Assembly: GCA_050294405.1 (NCBI GenBank)
Contig: JBNKOC010000028.1
Coordinates: 128,001-192,000 of the forward strand
From: Fibrobacteria bacterium
GTDB taxonomy: Bacteria > Fibrobacterota > Fibrobacteria > UBA11236 > JADFYW01
Direction of reading: 5' to 3'
DNA length: 64,000 nt
The notes beneath the pieces are model-generated. The model worked only from the letters and a program-made list of their open reading frames with translations. It made no database searches and was not told the DNA's origin. The translations under genes and the position numbers were made by a program. Shown piece by piece: positions 19,939 through 29,915 of the stretch; within the stretch, counting starts at the first letter, position 1, and every line of letters begins with the position of its first letter.

Positions 19939-21387
19939 TTAAGGCTTTTTGAAAACCAAGCCATTTAAACCCTGTCCAATGGCAAAGACCAATAGGGGTA
20001 TTATGGGCAAAGAATAGCGGGTAAACCCAATATGAATTGCGGAAATCAAAAGTGTGTAGGCAAGGCTTATTCCAAGTACAGATAACCCCAGCCAGCCAAA
20101 TCCAGAACCCTTCACATTTAAAAGCAAAAAACCAAGGGTGGCTAATAGCCACCACAGTGGATAATAACTTATCTGCCTTTCCACACGCTTTAATTCTTCA
20201 GAACCTGGAAAATGGCTGTGATAATCAAAAAATATTTTTGGGGGGTAATACTCCCCTGAGGTCACTAACATCCTTCTCCATTCATTATATATGGAATACA
20301 TATACATAGAAGTATTATCCATTATCCAGTTAAAAAACTCGTGTTTAAGGTACCTATCCGATTCAATGCGGCTAAGGCCTTTTTTTTCCAGACATTGCTG
20401 GTATTCATGGGGCAGGGCGTTGGCTTTGTGAGACACATACTTTTTATAATCCACATCCCAGATATGGGGAATTTGTCCAGCGAAATTTTCGCAATCCTTT
20501 AAAAACTTCTGGCTTAGTTCCGGATTTTGCTGCAGCGCATAAAAGCTGGAATGGGTGTATAAATTTACTCCCAGGGCGATAGAGCGTTTGGCTATGCCGA
20601 ATTGCAGATAATTGTAAAAGGCGCCTGTGTCTATAAGAGCTAAAAACAGGCCCAGCGCCAAAAATTTTTTGGCGGATAATTTGTAGCCCACTAAAATCAA
20701 CAGGCAGAAGATTAATATAGGGTCCATTACCTGGCGGCATAAAGAGGCCAGTCCCGCAAATAAGGCAAACAACGTTAGGCTTTTAAGATGCCCCTCTTTT
20801 ATATGCCATACAAAACCGGTAAAAGCGCCCATTAAGCAAAAGCTAAAGAGAGTGGTATCGGATACCAACATGGGTTCTCTTAGCCAAAGGGTATTGAGGG
20901 AAAAAAGCAAAAAACAAAAAAGAATAATCTGGTTTTTCCAGCCTAAAAGTCGAGCAGCCAGATACATACATAAAAAGATTCCGCCTTTTAAAAGGAGCTG
21001 GTAGATGGCCACGGCTTTTAAGTTAGGGGCTAACATCAAAAACCAGGGGTACAATTTGGGCCTATACATGGCAAGCTCCATGGGAACTGTGTTCCCGTGG
21101 GCAATGGTCCAAAACCCTTTGGCATCGGGGCCGGAAAGCTCTGGCCAGCTAAAGAAAAAAATATGCAACCAAATAGTTGCTGATATGCCCAGGATCCATT
21201 TTGCCTTTTCCCATTTAAAGCTTACAGGCAGATAAAAAACAAAAAAGCCTAACAGGGCTAAAAATGCGAGCCGGTAAAAAGAAATACGGCCTTCCAGCCA
21301 AAAATTGAGGACCAAATAAAAAAGGATAGAGAGGCACAACTTGGTGTTGCTTTTAAAAAAGGGGCCAATTTTGCTGTAAAAATCCAA
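19939..21387 (-). CDS. Polytopic membrane protein, probable GT-C glycosyltransferase
   Basis: PDAKGF, YRPKLYPWF, VSDT, CRQ, RYSLP pattern; TTG start uncertain. Confidence 0.6.
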   Translation of the reverse strand: MDFYSKIGPFFKSNTKLCLSILFYLVLNFWLEGRISFYRLAFLALLGFFVFYLPVSFKWEKAKWILGISATIWLHIFFFSWPELSGPDAKGFWTIAHGNTVPMELAMYRPKLYPWFLMLAPNLKAVAIYQLLLKGGIFLCMYLAARLLGWKNQIILFCFLLFSLNTLWLREPMLVSDTTLFSFCLMGAFTGFVWHIKEGHLKSLTLFALFAGLASLCRQVMDPILIFCLLILVGYKLSAKKFLALGLFLALIDTGAFYNYLQFGIAKRSIALGVNLYTHSSFYALQQNPELSQKFLKDCENFAGQIPHIWDVDYKKYVSHKANALPHEYQQCLEKKGLSRIESDRYLKHEFFNWIMDNTSMYMYSIYNEWRRMLVTSGEYYPPKIFFDYHSHFPGSEELKRVERQISYYPLWWLLATLGFLLLNVKGSGFGWLGLSVLGISLAYTLLISAIHIGFTRYSLPIIPLLVFAIGQGLNGLVFKKP

Positions 21388-21572
21388 TTTTTATTACCCG
21401 GATAACTGGTTATCTGGCTTCATTATATTATTACGGGGACCTAAAATGGTATTGGGGTCTTGTTTAATCCAAGAAACGGGATGTTTTTGCCCCTTTAATC
21501 CTGTAAATATGAGGAGCATTTTCCTAAATATAAAAGGCACTGAAACATAAATGAAACAATCACGGCGGGAGC

Positions 21573-23276
21573 ATGAAAGAAGAAATAATCTGGAAAATAA
21601 TTTTTGAAGTTTTAGGCGGCCTCGGAATTTTTCTAGTGGGAATGAATTTTATGCGAGACGGCATGCAGATGATAGCAGGCTCTAAATTCCGCAAAATGAT
21701 TCATGTGATGACCTCCAACCGCATCATGGGCGTGGGCGTGGGCACTTTGATGACCTGCATTGTTCAGTCCAGCTCTATTACCACCGTGATGGTGGTAGGC
21801 TTGGTGAATTCGGAACTGATGACTTTAACTCAGGCCATTGGCGTGATTATGGGCGCCAACATAGGGACTACCATTACAGGCTGGATTTTAGCCATTAAAA
21901 TTGGCAAATACGGAATGCCCATATTGGGAATTTCCGCATTGGTTTTTTTGCTGTCCAAAAAGGAAAAACTAAAGTACATCGCTCTTGCGTTTTTGGGCAT
22001 TGGTATGATATTCGTGGGCCTGGAAATGATGAAAAACGGCTTTAAGCCTATTCGCAGTTTGCCCGAATTTGAGGCCTGGTTTAAAGTTTTTAATGCGGAC
22101 AGCTATTTTGGGGTATTGAGTTGTGCGCTGGTGGGTTGCATACTTACGGTAATTGTACAATCTTCCTCGGCAACCTTGGGTATAACCATTGGCCTTGCCA
22201 GCACAGGGGTGATTCCCTTCGAAACAGCGGCTGCGTTGGTTTTAGGTGAAAATATCGGAACAACTATAACTGCCTTTCTGGCCTCCTTGGGAACCGGGGC
22301 AAATGCCAAAAAATCCGCTTACTTCCATATTATTTTCAATTTGTTAGGTGTGCTTTGGATTACGGCAGTTTTCCGATTTTATATGCCTATTATATCCTGG
22401 ATATCTGAGAGTATTTACGGTGGCTCTCCCAATTTTATGAAAATGGTGGATGGGGAGCAATTTTACCCTTATATAACGGCGGCTATCGCAACGGTGCATA
22501 CGGGTTTTAACGTGATAAACACTTTGATATTTCTGCCCTTTACCGGGAAATTTGCGAATCTTTTGGATAAATTCGGATCCAAAGAAGAAAAAGAAAACGA
22601 CAACTACTACACCCATTTGGATTTTACCATTCACGATTCCCCCTATGTGGCTCTGGAACAGTCTAAGCACGAAATCACACGCATGGATGAAAAAGTAAAA
22701 CAGATGATGGACAATCTAAACGACTGTGTAAATAACCCGGAGACGTCGGAAAAGCAGGAAAAAGAGCTTTTTGAGAGAGAAAATATTCTAGACCATGTTC
22801 AAAAGGAAATCACCACTTTTATTACAGATATATTGGGTGAAAAAGTTCCTCACGATGTGGCTTATGAGGGCCAGGTTCAATTGCGAATGGCCGATGAATA
22901 CGAATCCATAAGCGATGAGATTACCGGTATTTTAAAACTCCATTTAAGATTAAAAGAGCAGAATGTGATATTGAGCCCGGAACAATTGGAAGAGTTAAAC
23001 GGACTCCACCATGATGTATCTGCTTATTACAATTTCATCCATCAGAAAGTCGAATCAGATGCCAGTGAATTTATGGACCAGGCCCATAAAACCAGCCGAG
23101 ATATTACTGAAAAAATCAGGAATTTGCGTACTAAGCATTGGGGACGTTTGCAGGAAGTTAAAGTGGACCCTTTAATTACAACCACTTACATGGATGTGGC
23201 CAACTCTTATCGGCGTATTAAAGATCATCTGCTCAATATTGCAGAGGCTATTTGCGGTGAAAAATTAGTGGCTTAA
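21573..23276 (+). CDS. Na+/Pi cotransporter family protein with C-terminal PhoU-like domain
   Basis: Repeated QSSS and GANIGTT/GENIGTT motifs, GGLGIFL.GM, YESISD. Confidence 0.92.
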   Translation: MKEEIIWKIIFEVLGGLGIFLVGMNFMRDGMQMIAGSKFRKMIHVMTSNRIMGVGVGTLMTCIVQSSSITTVMVVGLVNSELMTLTQAIGVIMGANIGTTITGWILAIKIGKYGMPILGISALVFLLSKKEKLKYIALAFLGIGMIFVGLEMMKNGFKPIRSLPEFEAWFKVFNADSYFGVLSCALVGCILTVIVQSSSATLGITIGLASTGVIPFETAAALVLGENIGTTITAFLASLGTGANAKKSAYFHIIFNLLGVLWITAVFRFYMPIISWISESIYGGSPNFMKMVDGEQFYPYITAAIATVHTGFNVINTLIFLPFTGKFANLLDKFGSKEEKENDNYYTHLDFTIHDSPYVALEQSKHEITRMDEKVKQMMDNLNDCVNNPETSEKQEKELFERENILDHVQKEITTFITDILGEKVPHDVAYEGQVQLRMADEYESISDEITGILKLHLRLKEQNVILSPEQLEELNGLHHDVSAYYNFIHQKVESDASEFMDQAHKTSRDITEKIRNLRTKHWGRLQEVKVDPLITTTYMDVANSYRRIKDHLLNIAEAICGEKLVA

Positions 23277-23293
23277 AGGATTGGGCCTTATGT

Positions 23294-23896
23294 TTAGGCC
23301 CTCCAATCAACAAATTCAGCCAAAGCTGTGCGCTTGCCTGTTCCTTTAAGTTGGGGGTAGCCCAGCTGAAAAAGCCCTAAGGACAAAACATCCGGCCCAA
23401 AGTTAAGATATTTTAAAAGCTCTGGACTGCGCGAAGGAGCGCCGCTACCCCAGTGGGCGCCAAGGCCTAATTCCTCTGCGGCTAATAACATATTTTGCAG
23501 AGCACAACCCATGGTAAGGCTGTCTTCTAAAAGAGTTTGGGCGTTGTCTGACATTTTCATACCGGCAGCAATGAAGGCCGGGACCTTTTGAAAATCATCC
23601 CTAAGCTTTTGAGCTTTGTTCGCATATTGCGCCTTTTCTTCTGGAGTGTCCCCCATATTTAAAATGCCTTGGCAATATACATCAATAAATTCGGCCTTTT
23701 TGGAAGGCAAAATAACCACAAATTTCCAAGGTTCGGTGAACTTGTGATTGGGAGCCCAGGTAGCGGCGTATAAAATTTTTTCGATGATTTCTTTGGAAAC
23801 TTCTTTTTCCTGAAACAGGCGGATATCCCGGCGGGACAAAATCGTCTTTAAAACCGGATAAGACTCTGCGAGGTTAAAATTGGGCTCGAGTTTCAT
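23294..23896 (-). CDS. Nitroreductase family protein (YdjA-like)
   Basis: SRRDIR, WAPNHKFTEPWKF, QNMLLAA..LGLGAHW. Confidence 0.9.
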   Translation of the reverse strand: MKLEPNFNLAESYPVLKTILSRRDIRLFQEKEVSKEIIEKILYAATWAPNHKFTEPWKFVVILPSKKAEFIDVYCQGILNMGDTPEEKAQYANKAQKLRDDFQKVPAFIAAGMKMSDNAQTLLEDSLTMGCALQNMLLAAEELGLGAHWGSGAPSRSPELLKYLNFGPDVLSLGLFQLGYPQLKGTGKRTALAEFVDWRA

Positions 23897-24951
23897 AATG
23901 CTACCTTGGATGCTCGATAAAGGGTGTAAGATAAATAAAGGCTAAAACCAAAAACGATTAGGGCGACAGCCTGATGTAAGGCCCCTAAACTGACGGGAAC
24001 CACTAACAACAAGGTGAAAATTCCAATTGCAAATTGGGTGAAAAAAACCAGGCTTAAACCTAAAATGATGTTTCTGATTTTCCCAGGCAAAGCCGATAAC
24101 CGAGGAGGCCAAATGAGATAACCGGTCAATAAAAATAAAAGCCAGGCATTGGTGCGGTGGATAAACTGCACAGCCCCAGGGTTGTCAAAAAAATTGGAAA
24201 GCAAAGGCTCCAAATGAAAAAATCCGGGCGGAATGACATGGCCGAGCATAAGAGGAAAAGTGTTGTAACTAAAGCCGGCTTTAAGTCCAGCTACTAAGCC
24301 TCCATAAGCGATTTGCAAAACAATTAAGGCTAAATAAACATAAGAAAAGGTTTTAAGCCTCTTTAGCTTATGAGCTGGATAAATTGGAGAGCTTTGGCTG
24401 GAATGGGGAAGGCCAAAATATATCCATAACAAATAGCCAAAAATTAAAAGAGCTAACATCAAATGTGCAGTGAGGCGGTAATGACTAACATAAGGATTAT
24501 CTACCAGGCCGCTCATTACCATAAACCATCCCATGAGCCCCTGTAATCCGCCCAGGCTAAACAAGATCCATATCTGCTTGTTTACTCCGGGTAAATGTTT
24601 AAAATGGCCTCGAAACATAAAATAAAGGGCGGGCAAAAAAACCACAACTCCAATAAGTCGTCCCCACAAACGGTGGATATATTCCCAAAAGAAAATCCAC
24701 TTGAACTCGTGGAGGCTCATTTGGTGGTTGACATGTTTGTATTCGGGAAATTGCTGGTATTTTTGGAAGGCCTCTTCCCAATCGGCCTGGCTTAAAGGTG
24801 GAAGTGTCCCCATAATGGGCTTCCATTCCACAATAGAAAGGCCAGAGTGGGTTAAGCGGGTTATTCCACCGATAACCACCATGCAAAACACCATGGCAAT
24901 TAAGATTTGCAACCAGAGGCCCACAGACCTTTTGACAGAAGTTTGGTCCAT
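23893..24951 (-). CDS. ctaA: Heme A synthase (COX15/CtaA type 2)
   Basis: GGITRLTHSGLSIVEW, WEYIHRLWGR, VSHYRLTAHL, QFIHR, LHQ. Confidence 0.94.
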   Translation of the reverse strand: MDQTSVKRSVGLWLQILIAMVFCMVVIGGITRLTHSGLSIVEWKPIMGTLPPLSQADWEEAFQKYQQFPEYKHVNHQMSLHEFKWIFFWEYIHRLWGRLIGVVVFLPALYFMFRGHFKHLPGVNKQIWILFSLGGLQGLMGWFMVMSGLVDNPYVSHYRLTAHLMLALLIFGYLLWIYFGLPHSSQSSPIYPAHKLKRLKTFSYVYLALIVLQIAYGGLVAGLKAGFSYNTFPLMLGHVIPPGFFHLEPLLSNFFDNPGAVQFIHRTNAWLLFLLTGYLIWPPRLSALPGKIRNIILGLSLVFFTQFAIGIFTLLLVVPVSLGALHQAVALIVFGFSLYLSYTLYRASKVAL

Positions 24952-24987
24952 AACCGGGCTTTAAATTAGCAATCTTTGGCCAAAGGC

Positions 24988-25833
24988 TCAAAGTTGGGCT
25001 TTTTGATGGGCGTAACTTAGGGTGGCTCCATACAAAATAATAATCCAGCTAATATAAAGCACCAGCATTAAAATGGGAAGTGAGGCCAGGGAACCATAGA
25101 GCACTGAATAACGCAGCAAAAAAAGGCTTTGGAGCTTTATGGCCAAATAAAAAAACACAAATAAAAGCAGGGTGATTAAAGTGGAGCCGGTAATAGCGGA
25201 ACGAAATTTAACTCGGGTATAGGGTATGATGTAATACATAATGGTTATTAGAATCCAGGTTAAGCCAGTTATCATACTAAAGGCAAAGGTAAAGGGTACG
25301 GCATGGGAAAAATTAAGGGAGGTGGAATTGTGTAATGCCTCCTGGATGTGAATTTGAAATTTGGCCAAAATCCAAGAGTTAATAATAACAAAGAGCCCAA
25401 GGAAAATTAAAAAGGGAGTATATATGTAGAGGCGTTTTAACCAATTGCGATTTTTCTTTAGGTTCCAGATAATGTTCAGGGACTTTTCCAGGTTGGAAAT
25501 AGCTAAAAGACTGGTGGCAAACAGGGTTACAGAACCAACTATTCCCATTTTGGCCATTTTTATTTTTTGGGTATGGGCTAAAAGGTTTTCCAGCAGATCT
25601 AAGGGAATTTCAATGCCCCAGGTATTGGTAAGTTGGGAAAGCACATTGCCAAACAAATTTATTTTGACAATGGAAGTAGATACCCAGGTCAAAATGACAA
25701 CCAGGGGAACAAAGGAAAGCATGCTGGAAAAAGAAAGGGCGGAGGCTCTGACTGGAACCTGGTTGGTGCGAAACATTAAAAAGGAATTCCAGAAAATGCT
25801 TCGAAAGCGCTTCCAGTATATTTTCCTTTTCAT
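24988..25833 (-). CDS. YihY/virulence factor BrkB family membrane protein
   Basis: ASALSFSSMLSFVP, LNIIW, YSVLYGSLASLPILM..LYISW. Confidence 0.9.
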   Translation of the reverse strand: MKRKIYWKRFRSIFWNSFLMFRTNQVPVRASALSFSSMLSFVPLVVILTWVSTSIVKINLFGNVLSQLTNTWGIEIPLDLLENLLAHTQKIKMAKMGIVGSVTLFATSLLAISNLEKSLNIIWNLKKNRNWLKRLYIYTPFLIFLGLFVIINSWILAKFQIHIQEALHNSTSLNFSHAVPFTFAFSMITGLTWILITIMYYIIPYTRVKFRSAITGSTLITLLLFVFFYLAIKLQSLFLLRYSVLYGSLASLPILMLVLYISWIIILYGATLSYAHQKAQL

Positions 25834-25855
25834 TTAAGAGCCTCAAAAGGCCTTG

Positions 25856-26845
25856 TTATTTGTTCCCAAAAGATTGCCGCAAGGTGAAGGCATCGTAAAC
25901 TTGAATTTTATCTTCCTCCCGGCTTTCCTCTGAATATAACAAAGGAACAGGGCTTTTTCTTCTGTGAGAAAAAACCAAGTGAAATAAGGCGGCAAGACGT
26001 TTTTCCCAACTACTGATCATTTCAAAGCCGCATTCCAATAAATTTGAACCGGATTTTTCCCAAATGTCCTGCGCGTTCACCATGCTTATGTTGTTAAGGG
26101 CGCTAAGCAACATGGCATTGGGCTCAGCCACTCCCCGTTTGCGGTGGGAAGGGATGATTTTGGCTTTCACATCTTTTTGCTGCAAGATCTGATTAAGTAA
26201 ATTGAGCAACTCCCTTTCCAATTGGGGCAAATTCAAAAGCTCCACCTTTACAAAACCTGTTTGCAAATCGTGGTCAAAATTTTGAGTTTGCTGGGGAAAA
26301 TTTTGCCGCCAAAAATTGTGGAGGCTTTGGGAATTGGTAAATAAGTACCAATAACGTCCGGGCATTAAATCCAATGTAATTTGCGACTGATTGAGAGAAA
26401 TTTCCAAATGGCTTGCCAGTTGATCTCCCTTTTCAATTTCGTGGCTGAGCTCAATAAACTTTAAAAGAGGTAACAACTGGGAGCGGAAGTGGTATTCACT
26501 TTGGCCATTAACATGGAATTCGCTGTGGCAGTTTTCACATTCTTTGGAAAACTCCTCTGAATGGGAGCCCAAATGTACATGAGCGCAGTGGGGGCAAATT
26601 TCAAAACGAAATTTATCAAAGGAGGATTTGCCTCTGGAAATCTGTTTCCACTCCCCTTCCCTAAGATAGCTGTAAGCCTCATGGGCCATGCGCAACTTGG
26701 CTCTGGCCAAAGAGGAAAATTCAGGTCCCAGGTGGTGGAATTTATCGGGATGGTATTGAACAAGGCATTTTTTATATGCCTTTTCCATTTCACTAAAACT
26801 GACGGGGGGCTTGAGCCCTAAAATTTGGTATGGGTTTAATTTCAC
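25856..26845 (-). CDS. J-domain protein with Zn-ribbon and uncharacterised C-terminus
   Basis: NPYQILGL...YHPDK...AYSYL; CPHC...CENC. Confidence 0.78.
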   Translation of the reverse strand: MKLNPYQILGLKPPVSFSEMEKAYKKCLVQYHPDKFHHLGPEFSSLARAKLRMAHEAYSYLREGEWKQISRGKSSFDKFRFEICPHCAHVHLGSHSEEFSKECENCHSEFHVNGQSEYHFRSQLLPLLKFIELSHEIEKGDQLASHLEISLNQSQITLDLMPGRYWYLFTNSQSLHNFWRQNFPQQTQNFDHDLQTGFVKVELLNLPQLERELLNLLNQILQQKDVKAKIIPSHRKRGVAEPNAMLLSALNNISMVNAQDIWEKSGSNLLECGFEMISSWEKRLAALFHLVFSHRRKSPVPLLYSEESREEDKIQVYDAFTLRQSFGNK

Positions 26846-26878
26846 CCGTTTAAATTAAAAGTTTGCAGGGGGCAGAGT

Positions 26879-28243
26879 TTAACTTTTTTTGAGGAAATTT
26901 TGCACCAATTCCCGAAAGCGATCGCCCCTTTCACCATAGTTCTTAAATAATCCAAAACTGGCGCAGGCAGGTGACAAAAGGCAGACTCCCGCAGCCTTAC
27001 TTTCTAATAAATATTTCAGGGAATCCTCTAACTGTTGGCAGTGTTTTAAGGCGGGAAGGCTTTGGTTTTTGTGCTTTAAAATTTCTTGTTCGAGCCTTTG
27101 GGCGGTGGCTCCAATAAGGGCGATTTTTTTTATGTGGGTGGAGTGAGCTATGTAATGGCCCAGTTCTGAAAAATCCGCATTTTTCTCTGACCCTCCCAAA
27201 ATTAAAAAGAGACTTTGACTTTCAAAATTTTTTAAAGCTCCCAAAGTGGCATCGGGCCTTGTGGCATAGGAATCGTTGTAAAACTCCATTTGCTCGCTTT
27301 CTCCTAAAAATTCAAGGCGATGTTTTAAACCTTTAAAACGTGAAAATGTATGTCGCATTTTAGGAGGCGGTATTTCTAGAAACTGTCCAATGGCTGCGGC
27401 CGCAGCGATGTTTTCCAAATTAAAAGCGCCTTTTAGCTTTAAATTTTTAAGATAAAGGGGCCCATCGGAAAGTTCCATTTTGTCAGATGTAATTAAAAAA
27501 GGCCGGTGTTTGCCCACAGCCATTTTTTGAGCTTTTGATAATCCGGCGATGTAACGGCTGCCCTCGGATAAATCGGAATATATACATATATCATTTGGCT
27601 GTTGTTGCTTAACCAAATTGGCTTTAGCCTCCCAGTATTCCTTTTGGCTTAAGTGCCAATCCAGATGTTCGGAAGTGGTTTTTAAAACAACAGCGTATTT
27701 AGGCGACTTTTTCAGACTGTACAATTGGAAGCTGGAAAGCTCTAAAATAATATAAGGCCAATCTTTGGCGATATCAAACTTTTCCAGTAAGTCCAGAGCG
27801 GCAATACCGATGTTTCCACCTAATACATGGGGAACGTTGGCGTCTTCCATCATTTTTTGGATAAGGCTGCAACAGGTCCCTTTTCCCATAGTTCCGGTTA
27901 CGGCAATTATTTTATCTTTAGGGGCCAGGTCAAACAGGATTTCCACCTGTGATGTAATTGTTCCACCATTTTCCATAAAACTCTTAATTTGCGGTGAGTC
28001 CGGGCGAATTCCAGCAGAGCGAATCAGGGTTTTAATCTTATCTAAATGTTTTTGGTGGCTGTCCCCAAAATAGCCTGGTATGTTATCGGGCCGAGCCCCG
28101 GGATTTTTATCCAGCACCAAAATATTTTTGTAGCCCATTCGCTGCAAAAAGCCAAGCGTACTTTGTCCTTCTACCCCGAATCCCAGAATTCCAATGGGTT
28201 CATTTAAATGTAAGGAACTTTTTAAAAGGGACGCTTGCCCCAT
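26879..28243 (-). CDS. murD: UDP-N-acetylmuramoyl-L-alanine:D-glutamate ligase
   Basis: VTGTMGKGT, GGNIG, ELSSFQL, HLDWH, HRLE, NDS, SPACASF. Confidence 0.95.
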   Translation of the reverse strand: MGQASLLKSSLHLNEPIGILGFGVEGQSTLGFLQRMGYKNILVLDKNPGARPDNIPGYFGDSHQKHLDKIKTLIRSAGIRPDSPQIKSFMENGGTITSQVEILFDLAPKDKIIAVTGTMGKGTCCSLIQKMMEDANVPHVLGGNIGIAALDLLEKFDIAKDWPYIILELSSFQLYSLKKSPKYAVVLKTTSEHLDWHLSQKEYWEAKANLVKQQQPNDICIYSDLSEGSRYIAGLSKAQKMAVGKHRPFLITSDKMELSDGPLYLKNLKLKGAFNLENIAAAAAIGQFLEIPPPKMRHTFSRFKGLKHRLEFLGESEQMEFYNDSYATRPDATLGALKNFESQSLFLILGGSEKNADFSELGHYIAHSTHIKKIALIGATAQRLEQEILKHKNQSLPALKHCQQLEDSLKYLLESKAAGVCLLSPACASFGLFKNYGERGDRFRELVQNFLKKS

Positions 28244-29680
28244 TTATTTTCTCCAGAACTCTTTGGAAAATAAAACCAGAACTGTAAAAAGTTCAAGACG
28301 GCCGGCTATCATGCAGAAAATTAAAATCCATTTGCCGGCATCGTGAATCTTGAAAAAATTATCGGCAGGGCCCACTTCTCCAAAACCGGGACCCACATTT
28401 CCTAGGCAGGTGGCCACAGAAGAAAATGATGTTAAGTGGTCATGGCCTAACATGGCTAATAGCAAGCCGCAAGTACCTAACATAAGAATGTATAGAATTA
28501 TAAATCCCATTACCCGCGCTATCATTGTCTCTTGTATAGTGGTTTTGCCCACTTTAATAAAATAAATGGCGTTGGGATGCAAAACTTGGGCAATCTGGGC
28601 CATAGCAAATTTAACGGCCACATATATGCGAATCACTTTAACCCCGCCACCTGTGGATCCCCCGCAGCCACCCACAAAAAGCAAAAGAAATAATAAGGCC
28701 TGGGAATAAGCCCCCCACAGTTCGTAGTTCGCAGTGGCGTAGCCTGTGGTGGTCACAAGGCTTACCACCTGGAAAATTCCTAATCGAAGGGAGTCTAAAC
28801 TATCGGGCCACCAACCTAATTGGTAGCTAATGGTTAAGGAACAAAACCCAATAATAAGGCTGTAAAAAACGAATTCCCGATTTTTAAAAAAGCCCCGGAT
28901 TCTTCCCGATACAAATAATCCGTAATGCAGTGAAAAGTTTGCGCCGCCAATAAACATAAACAGAATTACTATCCACTCAATGATATGGTTATCATAGGCG
29001 GCGATGCTGGCATTTTTGGTGGAAAACCCTCCCGTAGAAAGTGTGGTAAAAGCATGGCAAAATGCATCGAACCAATCCATACCAAAAATTTTTAGCAATA
29101 TGGCTTCGGCCAAGGTAAATAAAACATAAACCACCCATAAGATTTTGGCGGTGGCCTGAAGTCGTGGCATGAGTTTATCCGTAGAGGGGCCGGGCACTTC
29201 CGCCCGATACAACACAGCGCCCGAGGCTCCTAAAAGAGGCATAATGGCAAGGCTTAAAACAATGATTCCCATACCGCCCAGCCATTGGGTCAATGAACGC
29301 CAGAATAAAATGCTTTTGCTGAGCTCTTCAATATCCAAAAATATGGTGGCTCCTGTGGTGGTGAAGCCTGAGGTGGTTTCAAATACCGCATCGGTAATGG
29401 AGAGGTAACCAGACAAATAATAAGGAAGGGCGCCAAAGAGAGAAAAAAACAGCCAGCTCAACACCACAATGGCAATAGAGCTTTTCAATCGCATTTTTGG
29501 ATTCTTCGGGTTGATGCGGGAAAGTCCAAAACCCACTGCGGCACAAATGAGCAGGGAGATTCCAAAGCCCAGTACATCGGGCTCCTGGTAGTTCCAGGCA
29601 ATTGCAGTGGGTATCGCCAGTGAGATGGCGAGAATTAACAAAAGATATCCCTGGATTCGAAAAATTTGGGGGTAATTCAA
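28244..29680 (-). CDS. trkH: Trk potassium uptake membrane protein
   Basis: SGFTTTGA, QWLGGMG, STGGF, TTTGY, GSTGGG, GNVGPG, GRLE. Confidence 0.95.
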   Translation of the reverse strand: MNYPQIFRIQGYLLLILAISLAIPTAIAWNYQEPDVLGFGISLLICAAVGFGLSRINPKNPKMRLKSSIAIVVLSWLFFSLFGALPYYLSGYLSITDAVFETTSGFTTTGATIFLDIEELSKSILFWRSLTQWLGGMGIIVLSLAIMPLLGASGAVLYRAEVPGPSTDKLMPRLQATAKILWVVYVLFTLAEAILLKIFGMDWFDAFCHAFTTLSTGGFSTKNASIAAYDNHIIEWIVILFMFIGGANFSLHYGLFVSGRIRGFFKNREFVFYSLIIGFCSLTISYQLGWWPDSLDSLRLGIFQVVSLVTTTGYATANYELWGAYSQALLFLLLFVGGCGGSTGGGVKVIRIYVAVKFAMAQIAQVLHPNAIYFIKVGKTTIQETMIARVMGFIILYILMLGTCGLLLAMLGHDHLTSFSSVATCLGNVGPGFGEVGPADNFFKIHDAGKWILIFCMIAGRLELFTVLVLFSKEFWRK

Positions 29681-29915
29681 AAAGTAAATTCCGTGGTGAT
29701 ATGGCCTATGAAATTATACAATTTCTCACTGTCCTTTTGAGGTCTCGTGGTCAAATTTATAAAAAGATGTTACTTTTCAGAACGTCCAGCATTTATTAAA
29801 TTCCTTTTCTCCCGGGTTATGATAGGAATAGGTCACTTGTGGATAGCAAAAGGTTTATAACCCTCTGGGCAATTTTAAGAATCAAATAGTATTAAATCCT
29901 TAGGAGGAACTGCAA

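Noticed and set aside
21398..21417. Imperfect palindrome ccggataac-tg-gttatctgg
   Set aside because: Single occurrence with no second copy or cognate regulator; may be chance.
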